Notes: generated from the letters alone by a model not told the origin. DNA of 59,603 nt, filler included, from Porpidia crustulata (GCA_964255105.1; 6 parts of 6 records of this genome joined end to end with filler, not necessarily neighbours in it); one strand, 5' to 3'. Shown: positions 1 through 12,908, counted from the whole stretch's first letter. Numbers and translations: made by a program.

Positions 1-497
1 GATCGCGTTCGTGTAGCAGGCTTTTCGCTGCGTTGGGGCGAACGCGAGCGAGTGCGGTGACGATCGGAGCGACGTGATGGTGGATCGTCTGAAGGGATGG
101 GTTAGTGTAGGTTCTGGTATGCTAAGTCATGAAAGTGCGCTTTTTACTCACCTCGCCTTGACCTATGTCTTTCCCTACTAGTCGATCGCTCCCTGTCCCT
201 TCGATCTCTCTCTCCGTTCCACTCGCCATTTTTCTCGCCATTTCTATATCTCCTACTATCCCTCTCCCGCGATCGGGTTCTATCCCGTCGTTTCTCCTTT
301 CTGTCCCTTGATCTCGACCTGCGTTTTACATCATCCCGTCCATGGTGCCGATCCCTATGATCTCTGTGATCTCGCCCATTACTCAACTCTTTCGAAACGC
401 TGTGTTTGTGTTCGATATCTGTAGGGCGTGAAGAATTCCGCTCCCACATTGCTGAACTGTCGGTGCGCTTGGAGCGCTTTGCTGGGGGTTCTGCCAT
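1..497 (-). CDS. U4/U6.U5 tri-snRNP 27 kDa-like RS-rich protein (DUF1777 family), 3'-partial
   Basis: Begins MAEPPAKRSKRTDSSAMWE (ATG 497), followed by RD/RS dipeptide repeats. Intron 89-151 (GTGAGT...CTAAC...CAG) continues the frame as DDPPSRRSDRHRTRSRSP. The diagnostic C-terminal domain lies outside the window. Confidence 0.7.
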
Positions 498-1708
498 ATC
501 TCGGGTAGACAAAATAGACATGTGGTCAGACTGGATAGCCGATGTAGGTCTTGTGGTGCTCAAGTCGTTCGAATGAGTTGATTTTTGGCTGGAAGCTTCG
601 GCGGCGGTCTTGATTCCCTCCGATTCAGTGCGTTCTGTGGACGCTCTAGAGCCTTGCTTTGTTTTCACAGTAGGGTAGAATTTCTCATCGTTTGGGGTGG
701 AGACAGCATTTGCGGCCGGTGGTTGAGATGGCTCATAGAATTGACTCGTGCCTTTTCTCTTGGTCCCAAGCCTAAAGGAAACCCTGTGGTGATCAGTCGG
801 AGTCCCCATTTTAGTGCTCCGAGGGGTACAACGGTGGCCGAGATAACTGATTGCGCCAGATTATCTGGAGAAAAGCTACGGGAAAGAAATTTCTGTTAGG
901 TACAAGGTTTGACTATCCCATCACTGCCGATCCAGCAATACGAATTGAGCGACCTTATGTATGGAAAATATGGTTAACTTTCTGAGTGAGAGATTTGGAA
1001 AGATTATCTAAATGTCTTGGGAAATTGCACTCTAAACGAGCATTCACTACATGTGCATGATCAGGCTTCTTGATGAAGTGATTCTAGAATGAATATGGAT
1101 TTTTTATACACTCTGTTAAACATCTTCCTCCAATATTCAGGATATTAGAGGGTGTTTGACGCTGTTCTCCAATAATAGTAGTATTCAGTGTGGACAAGAC
1201 TGCTAGATTGATATCTTCACTGTCCCCCCTTTTCATTTTCACTTGGGCTGATCTTCTACAAGAACTTGGTAGTATAAGCACTTTGGAAGCGACTAGGTTA
1301 CGGGTGATGCCAAAAGGAATAACATGGGTGTGTGTATTTTCTATCTTCTTAGAATTTGTGACTCCTTTGGACTCGGCCGGTTGAGTTGTCCTCTAAAGCA
1401 GATCTAAAGTGATGTCGTAATGTTGTTTCTATGTAGACGCCTCCATGAACCCCTATAACACAAACAACCGTCTCGGAGATACTATCTATGGGTATCGCTA
1501 CTCTTTGCTAGACAGCACATCCAGTTATTCACATCATAAAGTGAAAGGGAGAATGCACAGAGTCCCAGTCATGTTCTAAAGGAAAGAAAAATGGCTGTCG
1601 AGATTTGCAAAAGGTCCGGTTATACAGGCATATGTACAGCCAAGTCGAGAGCGAACATCTTCACCGGTTTCGATAGCTCATTCAGACCATCTTTCTACCA
1701 TAGCTGGC

Positions 1709-3623
1709 TCAAAACGGCTTCGATTGAGGGTCCGTATTGCGTAGATTAAGGGGAACTGGAGGAAGTGGCTTTGTTGTACCGATTATGCTGTGATCGGGTT
1801 CATCCATGACGGTTTCGGGGATAGGCCAACGCGAATGAAGTCCATTAGATCGAGCCATTATAGCTTGATCCACTATTTGCACCTTTTCAGGCTGAGCTGG
1901 TACCGGTAGCTCCTCGTTGCTGGGTAACACGTAGTGGCCCATTGGCTGGGTAAATAAGATACTGCTCGCTCGTGAACTAGGTCGTGGAGAAGAGGTGAGC
2001 TGGAGGGGAAGGTGTAAGGAGGGAGAAGTAGGTTCCCGGTCAAGCGCTCTACCTAAATAGCTTAGACGAAGCCCAATCTGAACGGTAGCGCTGCTTTGCT
2101 CGGAAAAGCCCCGGTCGCGGGCACGAGAAAATTGAGGCTGGGCTCGGAGAGGAAGATCGGTTCCTTGAGCCATTATCGCACTACTTGAGGTAGGTGTGGG
2201 ATAGATCGAATAAACCGATCGATTTTGGGCGTTGAGCTGCGATGGTGTCCCTCGAGACTTTTGTGAGACTGGAGCAATCCGAGGCACTGGAGGCTCTGTG
2301 GCGAAATCCAGAAATTGAAGGCGGGTTGTTGAAGAGTTTGACCGGTTTGGTAACGGTCTTGATACATATGTAGGACTGTCGGATCGTATCGTAAGCTCAA
2401 TTTCATCATCTTCCTTCTCGTCCAAGGTTTTCTGAAGAAGAATTGGCGAGCTGATATGCATCTTCATATCAAGATCACTGGCACCCCAAATTCGCACCCG
2501 CCGCTTCTGGCCCCACGGGGTCGCCATCGATTTGATGGCGAACCTGTCCGCGTTGGAGCGTAGGAACAGATGGAGGATACCATTGATGATGCCGGAAAGG
2601 TTCAGAGCGACCTCGGCAATCTGACTCGAGATGATGGAGGTTTGACGTGTCGAAACTGAGATGTAGTATGGTAGGATAAGTGCCTACAGTAATTTAGCAT
2701 CTATCCATTATCGTCACAACTCTGGTATCTCACCAAAAGTAAGACACTAGAAACAAGATAGGATACGATTCGAGTCGCAGCGATGCGCTCGTCTCTATCC
2801 GTTTTGATTCTTCTCACCAGCTGTGAAGTTATTACAGTGGCACAGAGACTGAACGTAAGAATCAAAGAAATCGCAATGACGAGTCCGAGCTTTGCATAAG
2901 CGGCCGTCCACCAGATCAAACTCGCGAGACATTGTCCCCTTGTTGGTGAGAAGTTTGAGGGAGTCCAGGTCAGAAGCGTCAGGAGCGGCACGGCGGCGAC
3001 ACAAAGAGGGATGTTCCACTTTCCTCGTGGATGGAATCTTGCACGCTGGAGCGATCTGAAGGTCGTCTCGAGGCCGAAGACAAGCATAGTGTAAGGGACG
3101 ACCCAGAGGACTATTAAACGTCAGAACCTAACCACTACCATTCAGTGTCAAAGTCATCATACCAGGCCATACGATTTGGGCTGTAATCCTGCAATGATCC
3201 GACGTCACTTCTTGAAGCGTTCCACTTCCCATGCCGATGAATATGGCCGCTTGAATGACGACCGCTATTGATATCACCAAAGGGAACATTTCCGCTGGAT
3301 GAAGAGCTAGACGAGTATTTGCCAATGGTCTGTCTGCTGTTAGATTGAATACTGCTACGGTACTTCAAAGACACTCACGCTAGATCCAACGACAGCTTTC
3401 GGATTCTTGTCGGCCACGCATCGTGTAGGATGAGCGCAATCATTAACAGCGCGAAGACCAGATTGATGGACCCAAGGATTATGACTGCAAGCCTGAAGGT
3501 AAGGCCACCATTGAGGATCCATTTGGCGCTGAGCATCTGAACCAGGGCGGTTTTCTCCGACGCTTCTCGGGTATTCAGCATATTGGAGACGAGCTTTGGC
3601 TTGCCTACGGGAAAGTATTCCAT
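1709..3623 (-). CDS. Uncharacterised seven-transmembrane protein with long S/P-rich C-terminal tail (~587 aa)
   Basis: Exons 3623-3379, 3329-3163, 3110-2734 and 2683-1709 are joined in frame by GT-AG introns with branch sites. Seven hydrophobic segments; motifs HPAEMFPL, CLASLIWW and LHLFLRSN. Confidence 0.8.
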
Positions 3624-5760
3624 GGCTCTGCCCTGGCGGATGTATGTTGTCTTCAGTTGACAGACATTAGTGATAAAATTTAAGCATTCATTAAGATGGT
3701 ATTCAAAAGAGTGACATGAAGGAAGTCCGAGGATGATCGTGAGAACCAGCTCCAAGAATCAAAGAAGCACAGACTGATCCAGTCAGTGTAAGGGAATGTA
3801 GTGCATTCAGAGACTAATGCTGAACCATTGGGAGCAACGGGAACGCATGAAATATGAGAAGCTGTATGCATGATATTAGAATTTCACGGAGTAGATTACT
3901 TGTTAACGACATACAGGACGGAGAGAGATTGATCCGGAATTATAGTGGTCTATAAGATGACTTAACGTGCGACAGTGGCCCTCCAAACGGGAGACCGAAC
4001 GTTCTAGGTGTCATGGCTACGGGTACAGCCACGGCCATGGGCCACGTCTTGGAAGATGGTGGTGTCGAAATTGGTCAAGCATAGTCGCGAATATTACAAG
4101 ACTGAGATTCCGTTTTGTGGATTGAATTTGGAGTACGTGGAGACGCATTGAATACCAAAAATGAAGTCTATGCCTGATGCTGACGACTGGCAGAGGCATT
4201 TGTAATAGGAGACCATTCCAATTCTTATCGGTACGGTACTGGTAACTGTCGCATCTTGATCAATGATGAGACAAATTCGGTACGAGATATGAACCGTGCA
4301 TGAATGTAATGGATGTAATGGATGTTCCTAGGCACACTTGAGGCTATAGAGTTAAATTGAAAGGAGAAGGATAGACAAAGAAAGCATTGCTGATTGAATT
4401 ATAAAGGGAGGATGTTGAAACCCAACGTGTTTTGGGAGGGTTGAGATTGATGAGCCTCTCAGCCGAGGTTGATAGAAAACTCGGCTATCAAATGCCAACA
4501 GGAGAATGAGCCTAGCCGGAAATATCTATCTATCTAGACATTAATTAACCAATCCACATGAACCTCCATGATCACCCGATAAGACCTGTGTCGTGGAAGT
4601 AATTTCGTCAATTTTTTCTGCGCATGACTATGGTGGGTCGGGATTAAACTGGTCCTACTGAACTCATCAACCAATATTGTAATCATTTCGCTCATCTATC
4701 TGGTTTCATTCCAAGTCGCTTACTCCTCGTCAGTATCTTCCGCATCCGACGTTCTCGACGTCATCTCTGCTTCTCGCCGCTACCTACGTGTCATCGCCAT
4801 CCTCCTGACTTTTATTCCCAATTTCTGTTGTGTATCTTGTTCTCGGCGGCAGCCACTGCTTGTGCCTCTACTAGTAGGCCCCTTCGTCAGCTGCACCGCA
4901 ATTTACCTCATTTCGAAGGCCTCAAAGAACGGACTTTTCAGGCTGAGCACTATTCGCTAGCTATTCATCCCATTTGCACTTTAGACCATTGATTTATTAC
5001 GGGGTTTTTCTAAGATCGACTTCTATTCTTTGAAGAGAGTGTTAGTCTTACATACCATTAGCATCATTTCTTGCTGGACAGAGATGATGAAGTTGAATAC
5101 ATGCTCACCAATAGCGTGTGTTCCATCACCTTTGACAGGCATGCCATGCTCAATTTCTTCGGAGCCTTGCGGGGCAGTACCAATCAATGGGTCGGGGCTG
5201 ATCTTCAGCCGAACCCCAGAAGCATCTAACGCATCGAGAGCGCCTGTTCAGTCTATTCGACTGAGGATCCCTGGGCCGGTAGAAGATTGACACTACACGG
5301 CGATGCTCTCGGCGAAAGTAGAAACGCTGCTAGAGTTCATGTATGGATAGTAAAGTATCTAAGAAGGGATATTGAGTCGAGACCCGAAATCTAATCCTCG
5401 TATGAGAGAGAGCTACTCTTGAGGTTATTCAACCCTACTGTGGAAAATGTCAAAGGATAAAGAGCAACGCTGACTCGAGGCACAAATTATATTTGGATGG
5501 CTACACACGACTTAGCCCATAGTAGCATAAGACTGTTTTCCGTTCACTCGCAATCGCGTCGGTATACTAGACTTATATCATGATTGCTGAGTAGCACGGT
5601 AGGTGAGCTTCTCGTCCTTGTTCAAAGCCCATACATTTCTGACTTAAATTACGGTAGTAAATGCTGTCAAGCTTATAATTATAAGTATAGAAGTTTGAGA
5701 CTATGAATAATGTTCTGAACCGATTTCCACTTTCAACAGGAATTATTCCAAGGCACCGCT

Positions 5761-6162
5761 TTAGAAAATGGTGATCTCCAAACCCTCTTGGGCATTAGGA
5801 ATAGTATCTCCGTCATTTCCAGCTGATGGAAGTCCGATATCGACCGCCCCTCTAAGGCTTTGAATCTCCTGCTGCTGTGCTTGATTCAATTTGCTGCGAA
5901 CATCGCTCAGAGCCTCTGATGACCAATGTTCAGCTTCTGCAACTTGGAGAATCCCATGCTCTCGCCGCATAAAAATCCCACGGATTTCTTCTTCCCCTAG
6001 TGTACGGCACTCTCGACAGTATGGGCGTTCGTGCATGGGATCCTGGACCACTTGCTCTTCGCCGTAGCAGTTCCACCACCTGTATTGCGGACATCGGAGA
6101 ACGATCTCGGTTTTGTAAACATGCCTACACTCTCCAAAGATCTGCTCGCTGACTATGCACAT
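5761..6162 (-). CDS. Small hypothetical protein with N-terminal Cys/His cluster (133 aa)
   Basis: MCIVSEQIFGECRHVYK...C...C...CRECR is the MC-x-C-x-H pattern common in small fungal proteins, followed by a helical acidic tail. Single exon. Confidence 0.55.
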   Translation of the reverse strand: MCIVSEQIFGECRHVYKTEIVLRCPQYRWWNCYGEEQVVQDPMHERPYCRECRTLGEEEIRGIFMRREHGILQVAEAEHWSSEALSDVRSKLNQAQQQEIQSLRGAVDIGLPSAGNDGDTIPNAQEGLEITIF

Positions 6163-7383
6163 GATCTCAGTAGTTCGAAGTTCAAGGTTCCCGCAGGTTT
6201 TGTTATTTTTTGGATATAGGTCTTTTGTAATGACATTTTCTTTCCGTGGTAGGCGTTCGAGGAATCTGAATGATATGACGAAGTAATTGTAGGTGAGGAC
6301 TTTGCTTATGGATACCTTGGGGAGGTATACAAGGGGTCTAATCAATGCTTCGCCTTTGTTCATCACAATGACATTGTTATAAGCTTATCCTACCAGACTG
6401 TTTTCTTTTCATTGTCTAGCATTCTCTTTATTTGACTGAATGCCATTGTGTCCGTTAGGATGGTAATGATTCGATAATTCTGCAATCTCAAAATTAAACC
6501 AAGCTGAAGCAATTTAGGCTAGGGCATGGAGGAAACTTTTCGCCGGCGGTGCTTCAAACTCGAGCAATCCCTACGATGGTCTTAGTCTTTGAACATGCTT
6601 TCTAGTTTTCAAATATGGCCCTGCCGTTGTGTAGCCTCCTGGAGAAGAAGAGCCCTAGACAAAGAGAGAATACCACTAGATTGTACGATTGCAGTCAAAA
6701 GCGATGGGCATATTGCCTTCGCTGACGTATCGACTATCCAAGATGGACTTACTGGTGATCCGAAGAACTTGAAAACGATTCGAGTCTCTTCTCATAAAAA
6801 AACAACCTTCGTGGGCAGTACTATTCGCTGGGCAGATGTTTACTTGAAACTTGACCCATTCGACCTCGCTATCATGGGAGGGCGAAGCGTTGACATCGGT
6901 GCTGGTGGACTCAATCTCGGAGATTGCTCCTAGTCTTCTGATCTTGACTTTTAAATATTGACATCAAGGATAGTTGACATCAGCTGTTTCGCAGGACTTT
7001 TTAGCTGGGCCTGTGACAATGTCAATAATTACGAGATTTATACAGAAGCAGCCAAGATTAGCAAACTCATAGCAGTCGAATGATTCCAGTAGTCATTGTG
7101 ATGGCTCTTGCCTAATGTAATGCGGAGTCTCGTAGAGACTTGTACTTTGCCTTGCGGGGAGGAGACAATCTGTCGGCATCGTTACCAGGTAGAACGCCGG
7201 GTGAATGCCTCGAGGTATTGCTCTCTTCTGTGGCGGCTTCGAACTAAATACCACCGAACCTGGTAGCATGCAGGGTGGGGAAACAATATATCCACCTATA
7301 GAGAATGGCACCTTGCAAGAAGCATTCTACTAAACTCAGCCAGAAATACGATCGCAATCCCACGGCGGCGCTAATCCTGTCGG

Positions 7384-8206
7384 CTATCTGCCTTCAACGA
7401 TCCATGTTTCGATTTCGCCGAGCTCACACATCAGGATTGCATTGCCAAGCCTTAGATCTTTGGGAATTTCATAGCAACCAGGTATATCTTCGATGGGAAC
7501 AGAATCACGACCTGGAGCATCCTCACTATGGAGCTCAAGGATGTCCAGCCAGACGGGTTTCAGTGGATCGAAAATAGCAAACACAACCCGAAGTTTGAGC
7601 GAAGACTTGATTTAGCTCACAGTTTTATGTAGACAAAGCTTCATGACAGCGACTTTGAAAAATAATGCTCGATTACAGACGGACATCTTAAGAATTTGAC
7701 AAGAGGAAATCCAACCTATTCTGAACATTACGGAATTCTTACCTACGCTTATTTATCAACCCATATCGAACGCTACGGTCTCCCACTTTCCCCGACATGG
7801 CGGAAATCCGCTTGGGATCTCCTTGTATGATGTCAGTGGCCCATGATATTCCTGGATCTTGATTCTCTAATGTAAATGCTGACAATTCATCTCTGGTTAT
7901 AAAGCTAGACTCAGCTTGGAGTAAATTTAGAAATGACGATAAGATTGTCCATATCACTCAGGGGATCTTTGGTAAAGCTGTGACAGTAGCAAAGATAGAC
8001 ACCATTGATTGTTTGTGCCATTGAACCGAGTGTGCTGATATCCGAGTGAATTTCTTCGGTCTCGCAATCTCCATCACTACTTCATCTACCAAAATTACGC
8101 GTATATCGCCCACGATGTTGTCAGCGGTTACCGCATGGAAAAACAGAAGAGACTGCTTGCCACTCAGCAGAAGTACGACCGAGAAAGGGTCTTGGAAAGG
8201 CTTCAA
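7384..8206 (-). pseudogene. Possible decayed gene remnant
   Basis: ORFs 7958-8206 and 7739-7957 share a frame and are separated by a single TGA. A further protein-like fragment lies at 7384-7584. No family recognised. Confidence 0.25.
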
Positions 8207-8806
8207 CCAGGATATTCAACTTAAGACTTGGAGAATCCTAGACAAATGACCGTCGGAAAATATGAGACTGAGGCATCAATATACTAAATACTGTGAGATT
8301 GACAAATTCAGCTTACAGGATATCATAGTCTCGACGAGTCAAGCACCTCGGTCACTCATAGTTGGTGAATGCTGTGTGCCTATGGAATATAAAGCGAGCC
8401 ACTTGGGCTAATTTCAGACATCTAGGAGACTTGAAGCTTGATAGCTCGATTTAGATGCAGATCGATTCCGCCCAGACACGCGAGGCACGCATTGCGCTAG
8501 CACACTATTTTAGTTCGTCCCTGGGTTTCAGCGTCTTCGAGCTCGCGCTGGTTGTAGATGTACCGCAAAACTGTAACCAGCAAATTCATTGCCATGGTTC
8601 TATTGCAACCTCCTTGAAGCACCAATTGTGGAAAGCTTCCAACTTTGCTACTCTATTACGCTCTGACTGTCATGATTTCGTCACCATCAGCTTTGAGTGA
8701 CTTCATCACTTGGACTATAATCTTAATGTTGCCACCATAATCTGTATTCTAATGTATACGCCAAAGTCTCGTTGCTTCGCTAAATACGCATCTCATAACC
8801 GCGATT

Positions 8807-9508
8807 ATGACATTCCAATACCTTCTTCGGTCTGCTACTCTCCGATCGATTACCGTCGCTCAAAGGAGAGCTATCAGTGGCTCCAGGATCACCTTGGCGA
8901 AATCTGAAGTGGGCCAGATTATCTCAGACGTGGCCCAGCAAGAAGGAGGAACTGCCAAAGGTTCGAGTTCCTCGCTTGAAGTGCGCTGAACGCTCACTGA
9001 TACGAGAATAGGCTCGAAGTCCGCGCAGCTCCAATCGGAAGTCACCAAGCAGCGTAATGAGCAACAGGGCGGTCAAACAAATAACAGTCAGCCCAATCAG
9101 TCGATCATGTCGAAAGTGAGCAACAGTCCTGCCTCTGTCACCGCCGACGATGCTCAGCAACTCCATGGCGCTGCGTCTCGAGCCAACGGTGGTCAGCAAC
9201 CTCCCTCCGGTAGTCTCGCCTCACAAACACAATCCCTTGCTGCCAAAAACGAACAGGGCGGCTCTACATCTGCATCCTCTCAGGCAAGCCAGGGACAGAG
9301 CGACCCCACTGCACAAAGCCGGCTCGACCGGCAGAAGAATTATGAGGAAGCTGCAGACGTAGTGAAGCAGAAGTTGCAGCAGGATCCAGCTACCGTAACA
9401 AAGGAAGATGGGGATATAATGCACAGTCGAGAGCAAAAGGCCTTTGGGACAACGGCAAAGGGAGGACTTGCGAGTCAAGCCCAGACTCAGGCGGCGAAAA
9501 ATGAATAA
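8807..9508 (+). CDS. Seed-maturation-protein (SMP)/LEA-like hydrophilin (~216 aa)
   Basis: Exons 8807-8960 and 9012-9508 (intron GTTCGA...CTGAT...TAG) join in frame. Repeated SMP-type motifs VTADDAQQLHGAASRANGG..GSLASQTQSLAAKN and VTKEDGDIMHSREQKAFG..KGGLASQAQTQAAKN; Q/S/A/G rich. Confidence 0.8.
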
Positions 9509-9869
9509 TCAGACTTAATATGGCTCGTATATTGCAGTTTAAGACGCCGTTGGTATTGCATGTAATTTGACTATTAGACTCAATTGGAATCGGGAATATT
9601 GACATGGAATTGATGACAATATCTCAGACTCATTTCATACCCTCGGGCCATGGGTTTCTATGATATTCCATCGTGGCCAAAGTTTGAACTACACAAAATC
9701 AGATGTGCATGACGGGAACCCTAAACATAGCGGTTTCACGAGTCAGGGGTCCAATGATTCTAACGGGGTTACTCAAGGTAGACTCGATAGACCCAGCAGA
9801 CCCGGCCACCCTGATGTTAGCCCCAGGCTAGGAACACTTGCCCAGGACACAGGCTACGCGGGCTGCGCG

Positions 9870-9969
9870 NNNNNNNNNNNNNNNNNNNNNNNNNNNNNNN
9901 NNNNNNNNNNNNNTTAATTAATTAANNNNNNNNNNNNNNNNNNNNNNNNNNNNNNNNNNNNNNNNNNNN
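9870..9969. other. Artificial contig linker N44-TTAATTAATTAA-N44
   Basis: Exactly 100 nt with a stop-in-all-frames core; the same linker occurs five times. Confidence 0.99.
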
Positions 9970-10600
9970 CCTCCTCGCTTCCTCGAGGTGCTTTCGTCTT
10001 TGATACATTTGCAAATTCATTCTTGCTGCGCGTTTAACATAACATGGTCATCTGTGTGTGATGTAGATATCATAAGAATTTCTTTACTCGTCTGTATAGT
10101 AAACTTATTGAACCATCTCTCTACCTATTTTTTGTTTATTCTTTGGTGGAAAACCTTTGAACCATCAGAATTACATCATTAGCAGATATTACTACTCGCA
10201 CATAGTACCAGGACATAAGAGCAAAATTGCATCGCTAAATACAACGGGGACTGTTTCTCGAAAGTCTAGAGCGTAAGACGCGAATGTAGGGAGAGGGTGG
10301 AGGATTATATGTGCGGATGGGAATCGTGGGAAAAGGGGAAAGTGGTGAGAGGGATCAGAAAAATTTGACCAGGGCCTTCAATCGGTTTTCCGGCTATATC
10401 TATGAAGCAGCGGTATCTGTATTGGATTTCTTCCCGGACAGTATCCGTGCTGTATGGAGTTCGGTTTGTGTCAATGTATTTGGGTATTTCCGGAACTTGA
10501 AAGTTGGGTGAGTGAGAGAGTGAGTGAGTGGTAGATCATGGAAATGGCGGTGGGTATATTAAGATATCATTGTAATTAAGATATAAATCTATATGATCAA

Positions 10601-10715
10601 AGATGGGGTATCTTACTATATTTAAGGGTCCGAACCTATACGTTTCCAACGAGATGGGTATCTTATTATAACTGACAGGCCGAACCTATACGTTTCCAAC
10701 AACAAGGGTATCTTA
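10601..10715. repeat. 50-bp period tandem repeat, ~2.3 copies
   Basis: CCGAACCTATACGTTTCCAAC at 10630 and 10680; GGGTATCTTA three times at 50-bp spacing. Confidence 0.85.
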
Positions 10716-10760
10716 AACCAAAAAAACACCAAATACAGACCCGCTCACCTCCAGAATCCC

Positions 10761-12908
10761 TCATAAATCATGCAACCAACTCGTCGCCGGCCCCGGCGAC
10801 ACTCCTCCACGTCCCGCGTCCTCCGACCCTCGCCGCGGCACCTCATATCGCACCGTCCGCCGCGCCAGCCCGTCTGTACTCCTCCGCTCTAGACTTTTCG
10901 GCGGCACCGGCGGGACCGCCGGATCCGGCTGCTGCGGCGCGCCAGCAGCGGGTGCCTGAGCCTCGGGCTCCATGGTCGGCGAGTCCTGCTCCGGCGGCAG
11001 CGGGCTCTGATGCCATCGGCTGATGGGCTGTGGCGTCTGCTCTCTGGGCGACAGATCCGCGGGTTCGAGCGAGGACACGGAGGTCGTCGATTGCAGGTTC
11101 GCGGCCGCGGAGGCTTTGGTGTGCGGCTCGGCGTCGCGCTGGTCCGAGAGGGCGCGGTGGTAGCGCGGCAGGGCGTGCTTTTCGCGGTCTTGCGGGCGGG
11201 CGGTGGAGCTAGCGACAGGGTCGTGGCGCCACTCCGCGAAGTCGTGCCATTCGTTGGTGACGCGCTGCCAGGAGATGGCGAGGCTTTCGGCGGCGTAGAT
11301 GATGGGGATGGCGCATTGGCGGAAGAGCTCTTTAGTGTCTTCGGCGGCGCTGTTTTCCTTGGTGCGGAGAGCTTTGGTGGGCTCAGCGCGGAGGGGGGCT
11401 TTACCACAGCACCATTTGGCGAGTCGGAGGAGTGTACGGAGGCCGAGGGCGACGGAGTGGACCCAGGCGGTGTGGTATCTTTGAATAATAGCGGTGAGGA
11501 TGACGAAGAGGGCGCCGACCCATGTTGACCACTGCGAAGTATTAATTGAAGCTGCATGCGATACGAGAGAGTATTCTTACCTGTCCGATAGCATCAAAGC
11601 TCTCGTTAACAGGATATCCCCACGCTAAGATTTCATCGGTAATCACCGAGCTTACAAAGACAGCAGGGCAAATGATCGCCCCTAGAACAGTCCAGATATA
11701 CAAATTACCTGCGGTCACTTTCCCGAAATAATAGCGAGATTTGGATGCAAAAGTCCGAGTATGATACGCGTCGGTACCTCCGGTTATACGAAAGATCCAA
11801 TTCCGTATCTCGGCAGGGGTCCACTGACTTTCTATCAAACCAAGGATACCTTGGCAGACGATAAAGGCAAGGAACAAAAGGTTGATGGCGTACACGATGA
11901 TGTATGAGTTCGTTTCGAGCAGCGCAGTCGTCTTGTCGCGGACTAGCCAAGCTTGCACTCCAGTGTCTTTCCGGAATGGAATCCCCGTTATGGATACAGC
12001 TCCGCAGGTGTCATTGCATTGACATCTATTTCATATCATAAGCTCTGAGTCGGTGAAAGACAGGGCTCAAGATTGCTTACTTGTTGTACGAGTTCCACGA
12101 TGTCGTGAGGTTGTGCTTGTAAATGTAGTCCATAGTGCAGTCCAGCTTTTCATCGAGTACGCACGTCGCCAATTGCGTCTCCACCACAAAAGGCGTGAGT
12201 CCATTGTTCTTGTGAAGAAGTCGGATTACTGTAGCGAGCAAAGCGGAGAACATCAGGATACCCCAGTATACGACGACCGGGCGGAACCCCCTCTCCCGAA
12301 CAGTGACCGACCAGTTGAGAATCGGTGTTATCATGATACAGCCGGTTATGAGAATGGGCAAGATCCCCCATAGGTCGGCATCTCCATAATTGCTTGCATT
12401 TGACAGGTTCTGGTCTGGGTTCGAATAGTCAAGGTAATGGTACTTGTATCTCCTAATGAAATGGGTTACCAACTGGCCAAATAATCGGGGAAGCCTCAGC
12501 TACTCACGTGAGAAGAGCAAAGGCGTGTACGCAAGACGTAGCTGCATAAGTCATAGCAACCCCCAAAGCTGCTGGGGAAAGCCAGGTGTGTTTACGCAGA
12601 ATGAGCGCAAAGATTAAGAGAACATAGTATAGGAGTCTCGGCAGGAAGCCATAATTTCCACTGATGGCATATGCACACGGCTGATAATATGAGAATACTT
12701 CTGGCCGGAATAACTCATTCACGGTTCGATTGATAGTGTGGTAATTTGTTTTCGACGGATCGAAGCTGAGTGTTCCCAAGGTTTTGTTCCAGACGGTATA
12801 GTTGAGATTGCCGGAGCTGCCAGCAAATGTGGACATGCCAGGGTAGCTGGCAGAGCTGTTTTCGAAGAGGAGGCCGACGACTTGCGTCAAATTCTGCGTC
12901 GCATTCAT
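10761..12908 (-). CDS. Uncharacterised fungal multi-pass membrane protein
   Basis: Four exons joined in frame by GT-AG introns. Motif CAYAISGNYGFLPRLLYYVLLIFALILRKHTWLSPAALGVAMTYAATSCVHA, then CQCNDTCG and ESFDAIGQWSTWV; several N-x-S/T sites at the N-terminus and a Pro-rich tail. Confidence 0.8.

Noticed and set aside
498..809. 104-codon in-frame extension upstream of the SNRNP27-like ATG
   Set aside because: Family-like sequence begins at MAEPPAKR (497). The extension is low-complexity and unsupported, though not excluded.
10601..10715. Repeat-spacer pattern resembling a CRISPR array
   Set aside because: Only two to three units, spacers related to each other, eukaryotic context and no cas genes.
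10889..11557. Long alternative-frame and antisense ORFs (222 aa, 172 aa)
   Set aside because: Shadows of a GC-rich coding exon; the same applies to 29884-30282 and 50281-50928.
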